A DNA stretch of 64,000 nucleotides from assembly GCA_963703345.1 (NCBI GenBank), contig OY969814.1:1440001-1504000 (forward strand), in the 5' to 3' direction. The stretch comes from an uncultured Chloroflexia bacterium (lineage in GTDB: Bacteria > Chloroflexota > Dehalococcoidia > DSTF01 > JALHUB01). Of the stretch, positions 1 to 8,745 are shown piece after piece (positions within the stretch are counted from its first letter, which is position 1; each line of letters opens with the position of its first letter). The translations under genes and the position numbers were made by a program. The notes under the pieces are model-generated. The model ran no database searches. It was not told where the DNA came from and saw nothing but the letters and a program-made list of their open reading frames with translations.

Positions 1-516
1 GCGATTCAGTGCATGGGTGGCAACGGCGTGATGCAGATCTACCCGGCCGAGCGATACATGCGTGATGCGAAGCTGAACCAGATAGCCGCCGGCACGAACG
101 AAATACTGCGACTTCTCATCTACCGCATGGGCAATCGCGAGTTCGCCGACGACCTTCAGCCGCCGGTGCGCGTCATCGACGAGGAGCTGGATACGCCGCT
201 GCCGCTGGGCAAGGCGCCGCAGCCGAAGCCGGTCAGCAGCGAGATGGACGTCCTGAAGGTGCTAGCCGAGAACTACCGCGTCAATCCGGGACTGCACATG
301 ACAATTGGCGACATCAAGCAGTTCCTAGACGCGCCGGACGACGTTCTGCTCCGGCACCTCGCTTCGCTGGAGGAGAAGGGGCTGGCGTCGCAATACAAGA
401 ACCGCCGCGGCCAAGTAGAGATGGCGAAAGCGACGCTGCGGGGCATCAGGGAAGCGAATCCGCCGGAATACTACCGGCACATCCCGTCCTGGGTATCGCC
501 GGAGGACGTTTTCTAG
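1..516 (+). CDS. Acyl-CoA dehydrogenase, C-terminal part (5' end outside window), with an extra winged-helix-like C-terminal domain
   Basis: AIQCMGGNG...[19 protein letters not shown] is the ACAD C-terminal signature; about 120 extra residues follow. Confidence 0.85.
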   Translation, partial: AIQCMGGNGVMQIYPAERYMRDAKLNQIAAGTNEILRLLIYRMGNREFADDLQPPVRVIDEELDTPLPLGKAPQPKPVSSEMDVLKVLAENYRVNPGLHMTIGDIKQFLDAPDDVLLRHLASLEEKGLASQYKNRRGQVEMAKATLRGIREANPPEYYRHIPSWVSPEDVF

Positions 517-583
517 CGGCGGGAACGCGGCAACGTCTCCGTCTGCGACGGACTCGTCGCGCCGAATCTGCGATGGGCCTCGC

Positions 584-991
584 CTACGCCGCCATCGGCA
601 CCTGGTCCACGAGCGTGTCGATCTGCTTGCTGATTTTGCCTTCGATCTCGAAGTTCCAGAGCGTCTCCGGAACGTCGACGAGAAGGAACAGCGGCGATAT
701 CAGCAGACCCTCGACCGCCGTCACGCCCAGATGCTCCAGCCACCTGCCGATTCCGAGCCTTACGGTGAAATTGTTGGGCTCACCGTCGAGAAGAACCGTA
801 AGCGCCCGGTCGGCGGCGATGATGGCGCTCAGCCAGTTGCCCTTCTTCGCCTGGAGCACTGTGCCATGCGCACTCGCCGGCGACGTCTGCACCTGAAAGC
901 CGTCTTGCTGTAGATACTCAACGATTCTGTTCTTCAAGGCCTCGAGGTCGACGTTCTTGCCCTCGTAGTGCCGTACTGACTCTCCAATCAC
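584..991 (-). CDS. Hypothetical protein
   Basis: Protein-like composition, GTG start with AAAGGAGA SD upstream. Confidence 0.75.
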   Translation of the reverse strand: MIGESVRHYEGKNVDLEALKNRIVEYLQQDGFQVQTSPASAHGTVLQAKKGNWLSAIIAADRALTVLLDGEPNNFTVRLGIGRWLEHLGVTAVEGLLISPLFLLVDVPETLWNFEIEGKISKQIDTLVDQVPMAA

Positions 992-1043
992 GACGCTCTC
1001 CTTTCGCCCATCGTTCGCCGCGAGGTCCGGCCTCGAGCCGTAA

Positions 1044-1214
1044 CTACTCGTCGTGGATCAACGAGCGTATCTGCTGGACCATTTCCGGCGTCGGCTCCAT
1101 CTTGTGGACCTCCTTGGCATGTTGACCGGCCATCTTAAGGAGCTCCTCCTCGCTGTTGGCCTTGCCGCTCCAGGTGCAATCCATCCCGGTGTCCTTGCAA
1201 TTCAGTACTTTCAC
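1044..1214 (-). CDS. Small metal-binding protein, DUF1059-like (56 aa, absent from ORF track)
   Basis: Manual translation MKVLNCKDTGMDCTWSGKANSEEELLKMAGQHAKEVHKMEPTPEMVQQIRSLIHDE; C-x6-C...H-x4-H pattern; AAGGAG SD. Confidence 0.85.
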   Translation of the reverse strand: MKVLNCKDTGMDCTWSGKANSEEELLKMAGQHAKEVHKMEPTPEMVQQIRSLIHDE

Positions 1215-1276
1215 TCGTTCTTCCTCCTTTGTGTTCCACTCGAATGTCGAACGACGACGAGGCTTCCCTAACTCGT

Positions 1277-1606
1277 TTACTGCTGTCCGCCACCAGACGC
1301 CAGCGCCTCGCGGACCGCCTGCGCCTCGGCTTCCAGGTCCCTCAGATAAGCCTCGAGATCACCGCTTCGTTCCTGCTTGCTGAAGAAGCGGCGCTGAAGT
1401 CTCGGAGCATCGCCGCCGCCGCACGAGCAGCCATGGCGCCCGCAGGAACAGCCGCCGCCGTGACCGCCGCCGCAACAGCATTGGCCGCCGCTCTGATGGC
1501 AGCTACAGCCGCAACCGCAACTGCAATGGTGTCCATGTCCGCCGTGGTGTCCGTGATGGCCGCCACCGCCGCACTGTCCTCCCCATTCGCCCGAAGTGCC
1601 ATGCAT
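1277..1606 (-). CDS. Cys/His/Gly-rich small protein with C-terminal coiled coil (metallothionein-like N-terminus, DUF5320-like tail)
   Basis: HHGHHGGHGHHCSCGCGCSC...CCC...CSC then RRFFSKQE...LEAYLRDLEAEAQAVRE; AAGGAGG SD. Confidence 0.8.
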   Translation of the reverse strand: MHGTSGEWGGQCGGGGHHGHHGGHGHHCSCGCGCSCHQSGGQCCCGGGHGGGCSCGRHGCSCGGGDAPRLQRRFFSKQERSGDLEAYLRDLEAEAQAVREALASGGGQQ

Positions 1607-1814
1607 GACGTTCCTCCTTCTTCTTGAGTCCGTCGATCAAGAATGCTGAGTTTAGTCTAGGAGCTGCGCATGCAGCGGACGTGAGTTTTGCGGTGTTAAC
1701 GTGAAGGAAGGGTGAAGGCGAAGGCGGTTGGTGCAAGTTCGTCGTTCTGATAGGATCGCGGCGGAAGGGAAGCGGCCTTCCTCTTGTGAAGGAGGCCGAA
1801 CGAGTGGAAATACG

Positions 1815-4800
1815 CGGTTGAGGTGGCGGACTGTCTGAGCACCCTGCGGACACAGCTAATCACCGGTTCTCCTACCGGCCGGCCCTGGACGGCATCCGAG
1901 CCCTGGCGGTAGCGGCCGTTCTTGCCTACCACGGCAACCTGCCCTGGGCGAAAGGCGGCTTCCTTGGCGTAGATGCCTTCTTCGTCCTGAGCGGCTATCT
2001 AATCACCAGCCTTCTACTGCTGGAGTGGCGTACGCGGGGGAAGATCTCGCCGATAGCGTTCTGGTCGCGGCGGGCGAGGCGACTTCTTCCCGCACTTTTC
2101 CTGATGCTCATAGGCGTCGCCTTCTACGCCGTTGTCTTTGCTGCGCCGCAGGAGCTGGCGAAGATACGAGGCGATGCGCTGGCCACCATCGCCTACGTCG
2201 CCAACTGGCGGCCCGTCTTTAGCGGCCAGTCGTATTTCGATCAGTTCTCCATGCCGTCACCACTCAGGCATACATGGTCGCTGGGAATAGAGGAGCAATA
2301 CTACGCCTTCTGGCCGTTGCTTCTCCTCCTCGTCCTGAAGATCAAGAAGATCACCCTGGGCAAGCTGATGCTGGGGACGATTGTGGCCGCGGCCTGCTCT
2401 GCCCTGCTCATGGCGCTTCTCTTTCATCCCGGCGTCAACCCCTCGCGCGTCTACTACGGCACCGACACGCGTGCCCAATCGCTATTCGTAGGCGCTACCC
2501 TCGCCGTCCTTCTCCTGCGGCTGGGGCCGATAGAGGGCCGAATTGGCTGGCCTGCCCTACAGGGAGCGGGCCTCGCGTTTGCGGCGATAGTCGCCTTCAT
2601 CTGGCTGAGGACGACAGAGAGCAGCGACCTTCTGTATCGGGGCGGCTTCTTCTTCCTGGCCCTGAGCGTAGCCGTCGTCATAGCGGCCTCCGTGCAGCCG
2701 AAGGCGGGACCTGTAGGCAAGCTCCTCTCGCTGCCGCCTTTGCGGGCCCTGGGGCTCATCTCCTACGGTGTCTACCTCTGGCACTGGCCGATCTTCTTGA
2801 TGCTGACGCCGGGTCGCGTCCACCTGGGGCTGTACGAGCTCTTTGCCCTGAGGGTGGCCGTCACCCTTGCCGTGTGCACCCTTTCCTACCACCTGCTGGA
2901 GATGCCGATAAGGCGGGGCGCCTTTCGAGGCCGCAAGATCACCTGGAGCTTCGCCCCGGCGGGCGCCGCCTGCCTGGCCGTGGCGCTGGTCGTCGTGACG
3001 AGGGGGCCCACGGGACCGGGCGCGTACGCCGTGAACACGCCCGACGTGATGCCGACGCAGGCACAAGGAGGGAGCCAGCCGCCCATCCGCGTCATGGTCT
3101 TCGGTGAGTCAGTCGCTTTCTCGTTGGATTCGGGGATGCAGGAGGTGGCACCAGAGTACAATCTCTCCGTCTGGAACCGGTCGACCCTTGGCTGCGGATT
3201 CTCGGATGTGGATTCGGAAATGAGCTTGACCGGCGAAAGCGGCAAGCAGGCGGCGGACCGGTGCAAGGAGTGGCGCCAGTCGTGGCAGCAGGACCTGACG
3301 GCCTTCAATCCCGATATCGTCCTCATGGTTTTCGGGGCCTGGGACAGCGAAGACCGTGTCGTCGGCGGCAAGACGCTTGCCGCCGGTAGCCCCGAATGGG
3401 CCGACTTTCTCTCGCAGTCGCTTGAGGAGAAGTTCGAGATATTGACGGCAGGCGGAGCAAAGCTGATGCTGGCCACCTTCCCCTATACGAGGCCGTGGGT
3501 CTGGTCGACTCTATCGAATGGAGATGAGCTCGAGCAGAGCACGCGACGGCGGGAAGCAGCGCTAAACGACATCTACCGCGAGTTCGCAGCGCAGCATCCA
3601 GACAAGGTCGTGCTGGTTGAGTTCAACGCGTTTGCCTGCCCCGGCGACAAGTATAGCGATCTCTATATCGACGGTGTCAGGATGCGCCAGGACGGCGTCC
3701 ACTTCACAACCGGAGGCTCGACCGTCGTTGCCCGCTGGCTGGCGCCGCAGATCGTCGCTGCCGCGGGGAGGCCCGCTCAATGAGGCCCGCCGCCTGAGCT
3801 TCACGCAAGCAGCATCGACGCGGTATCATCAGCACGTCTTTGGATGAATCGTGCGGTTGAGGTGGCGAACTGTCTGCTGAACAGGCTTCGGATGCGGCTA
3901 GTCATCGCTTCTCCTACCGGCCGGCCTTAGACGGCATCCGAGCCCTGGCGGTAGCGGCCGTCCTCGCCTACCATGGCAACCTGCCCTGGGCGAAAGGCGG
4001 CTTCCTTGGCGTCGATGCCTTCTTCGTCCTGAGCGGCTATCTAATCACCAGCCTTCTACTGCTGGAGTGGCGTACGCGGGGGAAGATCTCGCCGATAGCG
4101 TTCTGGTCGCGGCGGGCGAGGCGACTTCTTCCCGCACTTTTCCTGATGCTCATAGGCGTCGCCTTCTACGCCGTTGTCTTTGCCGCGCCGCAGGAGCTGG
4201 CGAAGATACGAGGCGATGCGCTGGCCACCATCGCCTACGTCGCCAACTGGCGGCCCGTCTTTAGCGGCCAGTCGTATTTCGATCAGTTCTCCATGCCGTC
4301 ACCACTCAGGCATACATGGTCGCTGGGAATAGAGGAGCAGTACTACGCCTTCTGGCCGTTGCTTCTCCTCCTCGTCCTGAAGATCAAGAAGATCACCCTG
4401 GGCAAGCTGATGCTGGGGACGATTGTGGCCGCGGCCTGCTCTGCGTTGCTCATGGCGCTTCTCTTTCATCCCGGCACCGACCCCTCGCGCGTCTACTACG
4501 GCACCGACACGCGTGCCCAATCACTATTCGTAGGCGCTACCCTCGCCGTCCTTCTCCTGCGGCTGGGGCCGATAGAGGGCCGGATTGGCTGGCCTGCCCT
4601 ACAAGGAGCCGGCCTGCTTTTCGCGGGAGTAGTCGCCTTCATCTGGCTGAGGACGACAGAGAGCAGCGACCTTCTGTATCGGGGCGGCTTCTTCTTCCTG
4701 GCGTTGAGCGTAGCCCTCGTCATAGCCGCCTCCGTGCAGCCGAAAGCGGGACCTGTAGGCAAGCTCCTATCGCTGCGTCCTTTGCGGTCCCTGGGGCTCA

Positions 4801-5045
4801 TCTCCTACGGCGTCTACCTCTGGCACTGGCCGATCTTCTTGATGCTAACGCCGGGTCGCGTCCATCTGGGGCTGTACGAGCTCTTTGCTCTGAGGGTTGT
4901 CGTTACCCTTGCCGTGTGCACCCTTTCCTACCACCTGCTGGAGATGCCGATAAGGCGGGGCGCCTTTCGAGGGAAGAAGATCACCTGGAGCTTCGCCCCG
5001 GCGGGCGCCGCCTGCCTGGCCGTGGCGCTGGTCGTCGTGACGCGG
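1815..5045 (+). repeat. Tandem duplication, about 1815-3005 nearly identical to about 3854-5045 (membrane-domain halves of the two acyltransferases)
   Basis: Direct sequence comparison shows only scattered substitutions, with divergence after ...GTCGTCGTGACG. Confidence 0.9.
1831..3783 (+). CDS. OafA/OatA-like O-acyltransferase (Acyl_transf_3 + SGNH domain), copy 1; probable CTG start
   Basis: YRPALDGIRALAV, GGFLGVDAFFVLSG, HTWSLGIEEQYY; C-terminal GES...DGVH SGNH motifs; frame open back to TGA at 1819. Confidence 0.9.
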   Translation: MSEHPADTANHRFSYRPALDGIRALAVAAVLAYHGNLPWAKGGFLGVDAFFVLSGYLITSLLLLEWRTRGKISPIAFWSRRARRLLPALFLMLIGVAFYAVVFAAPQELAKIRGDALATIAYVANWRPVFSGQSYFDQFSMPSPLRHTWSLGIEEQYYAFWPLLLLLVLKIKKITLGKLMLGTIVAAACSALLMALLFHPGVNPSRVYYGTDTRAQSLFVGATLAVLLLRLGPIEGRIGWPALQGAGLAFAAIVAFIWLRTTESSDLLYRGGFFFLALSVAVVIAASVQPKAGPVGKLLSLPPLRALGLISYGVYLWHWPIFLMLTPGRVHLGLYELFALRVAVTLAVCTLSYHLLEMPIRRGAFRGRKITWSFAPAGAACLAVALVVVTRGPTGPGAYAVNTPDVMPTQAQGGSQPPIRVMVFGESVAFSLDSGMQEVAPEYNLSVWNRSTLGCGFSDVDSEMSLTGESGKQAADRCKEWRQSWQQDLTAFNPDIVLMVFGAWDSEDRVVGGKTLAAGSPEWADFLSQSLEEKFEILTAGGAKLMLATFPYTRPWVWSTLSNGDELEQSTRRREAALNDIYREFAAQHPDKVVLVEFNAFACPGDKYSDLYIDGVRMRQDGVHFTTGGSTVVARWLAPQIVAAAGRPAQ

Positions 5046-5840
5046 GGGGCTGTATCGCCGGCGGGCGCGTTCGACCTCGGGCAACCCGCGGACGCGCCGA
5101 TGCCGACGGCGGCAAGTACAGGCGAGCGGCCGCCTATTCGCGTCATGGTGCTCGGGGAATCCGTCGCGATGCTGCTCGATCCCGGCCTGAGCGACGTTGG
5201 ACGGCAATCAAACGTGGCGGTCTGGAACCGGGCCGCCGTGGGCTGCGGCTTCCTCGACCTGGAGGTATGGCATGATGCGCAGGGGAATCTCTCCAAGGCG
5301 GAGGCAGAGAAGTGCGCGGAGTGGCACCAATCATGGGCGCAGGACGTGGCGGGCTTCAAGCCGGACGTCGTCCTCATGGCGTTCGGCGTCTGGGATAGCG
5401 AGGACATCCAGACTTCCGGCGGCAAGCTGCTGGCTGGCACGCCGGAGTGGAACGTCTACGTCCACGACGGCCTGGAGAAGCGTTTCGTCACCCTCACGTC
5501 GCAGGGCGCGAAGCTGATACTGACGACCTTTCCCTATGTGCGACCGGGCCTATGGGACCTCGTCTCCAACGGGCAGCAAATCACCGACGACAGCGCCCGC
5601 CACATGGACGCCCTCAACGCTGTCTACCGAGGCTTCGCCGCCGAGCACCCCGGGCAGGTGTTCATCGCGGACCTGAACGCCTTCGCCGACCCGGAAGGGA
5701 AGTACACGGACCTCCACGTCGACGGCGTGAGGATGCGTGAGGACGGCGTCCACTTCACCACGGAAGGGTCATACGTGGTGGCGCGCTGGCTGGTCCCTAA
5801 GATCGCAGCCGTCGCCGGCGCGACACGCCCCGCAAGCTGA
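3870..5840 (+). CDS. OafA/OatA-like O-acyltransferase (Acyl_transf_3 + SGNH domain), copy 2; probable CTG start
   Basis: Same motifs as copy 1; frame open back to TGA at 3858. Confidence 0.9.
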   Translation: MSAEQASDAASHRFSYRPALDGIRALAVAAVLAYHGNLPWAKGGFLGVDAFFVLSGYLITSLLLLEWRTRGKISPIAFWSRRARRLLPALFLMLIGVAFYAVVFAAPQELAKIRGDALATIAYVANWRPVFSGQSYFDQFSMPSPLRHTWSLGIEEQYYAFWPLLLLLVLKIKKITLGKLMLGTIVAAACSALLMALLFHPGTDPSRVYYGTDTRAQSLFVGATLAVLLLRLGPIEGRIGWPALQGAGLLFAGVVAFIWLRTTESSDLLYRGGFFFLALSVALVIAASVQPKAGPVGKLLSLRPLRSLGLISYGVYLWHWPIFLMLTPGRVHLGLYELFALRVVVTLAVCTLSYHLLEMPIRRGAFRGKKITWSFAPAGAACLAVALVVVTRGAVSPAGAFDLGQPADAPMPTAASTGERPPIRVMVLGESVAMLLDPGLSDVGRQSNVAVWNRAAVGCGFLDLEVWHDAQGNLSKAEAEKCAEWHQSWAQDVAGFKPDVVLMAFGVWDSEDIQTSGGKLLAGTPEWNVYVHDGLEKRFVTLTSQGAKLILTTFPYVRPGLWDLVSNGQQITDDSARHMDALNAVYRGFAAEHPGQVFIADLNAFADPEGKYTDLHVDGVRMREDGVHFTTEGSYVVARWLVPKIAAVAGATRPAS

Positions 5841-5984
5841 ACGTCGCCGCTCCCTCGTCTCGCCTGTTGGTCGGTTCAATGCCGGTCGCGGCCGCGGCTC
5901 GCTTTCGCCGAGCAAGGTGAACGGGCCACCCGCGTTGACCGATTCGACGCACCGGATGCAGAACTGGTCCACGAAGACGGGCAG

Positions 5985-6081
5985 GTCGCCGGGTCCGAGA
6001 CGAGTTGCGGGGCTGCGCGGGTCATCGCTATACTTGGATGCGATGCGGGGGTAGCTCAGCGGTAGAGCTCCTGCCTTCCAA
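5985..6081 (+). repeat. 97-bp direct repeat copy 1 (tRNA promoter plus 5' half of tRNA-Gly); copy 2 at 24418-24514
   Basis: GTCGCCGGGTCCGAGACGAG...GCCTTCCAA identical except one base (6049 G vs 24482 C). Confidence 0.95.
6005..6034 (+). promoter_or_regulatory. Sigma70-type tRNA promoter (also present in the copy at 24438-24467)
   Basis: TTGCGG-N18-TATACT ending 10 nt before tRNA position 1. Confidence 0.65.
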
Positions 6082-6085
6082 GCAG
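6045..6085 (+). pseudogene. 5' half of tRNA-Gly(UCC), att-site remnant
   Basis: GCGGGGGTAGCTCAGCGGTAGAGCTCCTGCCTTCCAAGCAG identical to 30227-30267; no T arm follows. Confidence 0.95.
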
Positions 6086-6182
6086 CCCGGGCCCACCGCT
6101 GTTCTCGGGCCGTAATAATACGACCAAGACAACGTCAGTTATCCGCTATTCCTAGTCAACCCGAGGAGCCGTTCATTCTGCT

Positions 6183-7063
6183 TTGAGCACATGCCATGAC
6201 CGAAAAAAGAACGTTCCGAAAGCGGCCCTAGACCCGCTTAACCGCCTCGCCCATCACTTGGGGCAGGCTGTCCAACTCCTCGAACTGTCCACCAAAGGAA
6301 TATCCGCTCTCGCAGCCACGCCGCAGGCCCTTCGGGCCCTAGCTGCCGCAAAGCCTACCTCAGACGTCGTAGCCGCTCAAACACGGCTTGGCACCGTGCA
6401 GAACCTCGCACAACTCGCCCAGACTGAAGTCGACACCGGTTTTCCCCTACTCTTCGCCCAAGCAACCTCTCCCTTTGGGCGGACTTAGAGAACGGCCTCC
6501 GCACCTTTCTCGCCGCGTGGTTGCATCATGAGAGCAGCGCCAAGACCATCGAGGCGATCCAGAAGTTGAAGGTGTCCTTGGGGGAATACGAAGCGATGGA
6601 CTCCGACGAACGTTGCCTCTACATCATTGACCGCCTGCAACAAGAAATGGAATCACGCAATCGCCGTGGCATAGACAGATTCGAGTTGCTTTTCGCGGCC
6701 TTCGGCTTCGAAACTAGCCTTGACGAGCGCTTGAAGAGAGATCTTCTTGAGCTCTACTTTGTCCGCAATCTCCTCGTTCACCGCAGGGGCATCGCAGATC
6801 GCAAGTTCATCCAGTCGTGCCCCTGGCTCCGCCTCTCTGTCGGGGAACAAATCACCATAACGTCCGCAGCGTACAAGAAGTATACCCACGCGGTGCTCGC
6901 CTATGTGATCGAGCTCATTGTCCGTGTCGGCGCCCGGATCGGCATCACCCGCTCTCAACTCAGCGGCGTGCCCCACGCTTACCAGCCCCGTGAAGCCTCG
7001 CTCACGTCGGCTTCCTCGTCTAAGCCAGTGAAGCCCGTCGCGAAGAATCGCTCCCGCCCGTGA
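6183..7063 (+). pseudogene. HEPN-like protein, apparently frameshifted near 6465 (and possibly in the A6 run at about 6203)
   Basis: ORF 6183-6488 (...FPLLFAQAT) continues in the frame of 6521-7063 (LSLWADLENGLRTFLAAWLHH...); RNLLVH is an Rx4H HEPN motif. Confidence 0.65.
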
Positions 7064-7169
7064 CCCGTCAGCTTGGGTACCACGACCCGCACGTCAAGGG
7101 TTTCCGATGCTTGCGCCGCGTACCTGGTCCCGGCGAAACCTTGCCGACCCTCCACACTCCTGGTATCCT
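7035..7169 (+). repeat. Conserved ~130-bp noncoding hairpin/promoter element, copy A (copy B at 26412-26537)
   Basis: Shares AATCGCTCC-GCCCGTGA, CAGCTT-GGT, ACCCGCACGTCAAGGGT, CCGATG-TGCGCC; ends in TTGCCG-N17-TATCCT. Confidence 0.85.
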
Positions 7170-7199
7170 CGTCTTCGATCGTTCCGAGGCCAAGCACGA

Positions 7200-7343
7200 A
7201 TGTCACTCCTCGACATCTGGCGCCTGAACCCCGAACTCGCCGACAAGCGCGTCGATCAGATTATCGCCGTGGCGGGCTCCGGCAAGCTACGCGACCGCAG
7301 CGACGCCTCCCTCGAACTCCGCGAATTCCTCGCGACAGAGTGA
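7200..7343 (+). pseudogene. Truncated N-terminal fragment (47 aa) of a larger, probably restriction-endonuclease-like protein
   Basis: MSLLDIWRLNPELADKRVDQIIAVAGSGKLRDRSDASLELREFL lies behind a promoter and GAGG SD and ends abruptly; family assignment from recall only. Confidence 0.45.
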
Positions 7344-7415
7344 AACGGTCCTTGAACCGGATGGCGCTGGGGACGCCGGTCTGGAGGCCCGCACAAGCGC
7401 CGCCGCCCATTCCAT

Positions 7416-7444
7416 CGGGCCGGGCATTTCGCCCGGCCGTTTTC
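7416..7444 (+). terminator. Possible intrinsic terminator
   Basis: GGCCGGGC-ATTTC-GCCCGGCC followed by GTTTT. Confidence 0.45.
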
Positions 7445-7967
7445 ACCTCAGAGCGGCGACCATCTGCTTTCTAGGCAGAGGGTTTGCGCTCCTCTGCCGG
7501 CATTCGGCGGTCCTCGTTTGCCACTCACCGCTCTCTCCAGATACGCACGGGATGTTGGCGCCCCACAGGGACAATCTGAGATTGCGACTTGACTGCGCGC
7601 GTTTGCTCTTGACAGTCGGTGCGTGCCCGTTACAATTCGCACCATGGGGCAAAGCAGGGACGGCTGAGCCCCAAGCGCACCCCCGCCGCTGCGCGCTTCC
7701 AGTATCATCACCAGTCACGGTTCTCGCTCAGCCGTCCCTCTCATCCTAGAGCCGTCAGCAGCGCGCTCGTCAAGGAGAGTGCTAGGGACTTGACATGGGC
7801 TCACAACGGAGCGTCACCGGGGGACAACTTAAGGCTGCGGATGCGCTACGGCATCTAGCCTTGCCAGAGGGCGCGGTTCGTCTGACATCGTCAGCCAGTC
7901 CGCGTGAAACGCCTGATCAAGGCGATGGAGCTTCTTCTGGGCTATCTGATGAGTCAAGAGAGCAGGA

Positions 7968-8435
7968 ATGACAGCGGACAATCTCGCGCCGCCCGACCGG
8001 GAAGAATGGGCGAGCCTTTACGCCGCCTTCACCATTCTGCGCAAGGAGACGGACCGTGCGTTGTCGGACGGGCAGGTCACAATGTTTCCCCGCTCTTTTC
8101 CCCAAGTGGCCGTGCTGGCTCTCCTCGCGGAAGCCGAGCGCCCGCTGCCCGTGACGAGGATCGCGAGGTTGCTGCTGCAGGAGAGTTCCAGCGTCAGCAA
8201 CCTCGTTGATCGGATGTGCGAGAGGGGTCTTGTGGAGCGGGTGAAGGATCCCCGTGATCGACGTGTGGTCTTGGTGACGCTTACCGATCTGGGGCGCCGG
8301 GTGCACGACGATGGCCGGTCGTCGGCAGCGGCAGTCAGCAACGAGTTTTTTGGTGTCCTGTCGATGGAGGAGAGGGCGACCCTCAGAGACCTGCTTCAAA
8401 AGTTAACACGGCGCAACATTCGGCGCCTTGGCTGA
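7968..8435 (+). CDS. MarR-family transcriptional regulator
   Basis: SSVSNLVDRMCERGLVERVKDPRDRRVVLVTLTDLG wHTH/DRR motif. Confidence 0.92.
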   Translation: MTADNLAPPDREEWASLYAAFTILRKETDRALSDGQVTMFPRSFPQVAVLALLAEAERPLPVTRIARLLLQESSSVSNLVDRMCERGLVERVKDPRDRRVVLVTLTDLGRRVHDDGRSSAAAVSNEFFGVLSMEERATLRDLLQKLTRRNIRRLG

Positions 8436-8745
8436 AGGTCTCGCTGAACCCCGTATGCCTTATTCGTATATCCCCTCGGCGCGCTTAAGGATGAGCCTGA
8501 CGTGCTCGACCTCGGCCTCGTCGGTGTGGGGTGCCAAAGGCCCATCCGTATCTGGAGGGCAGCACTCGACCCTCTTCGTGATAGGCAGCGGGTCACTCGC
8601 ACGTTGGAAGTGTGTCATGAGGGACAACGCTAGCGCCGCGGGGACCGTACCGCACACCAAGACCTGATCGTGTCGGTCCTGAAATAACTGCCTGCGGCAA
8701 AAGCCCACATTGGCGGCTCCCCACGCGTAGGCTATAATCGCATCC

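Noticed and set aside
1380-1580. GCC-rich low-complexity repeats and the Ala-rich plus-strand ORF 1229-1627
   Set aside because: Explained by Gly/Cys/His codons of the minus-strand gene; not a CRISPR or satellite array.
1804-1830. Selenocysteine or readthrough at the in-frame TGA upstream of the acyltransferases
   Set aside because: Sequence upstream of the TGA is not conserved between the copies, and the TGA is part of the SD; a CTG start explains it better.
8460-8618. Possible small minus-strand ORF MTHFQRASDP...
   Set aside because: No SD or recognisable motif; cannot be supported.
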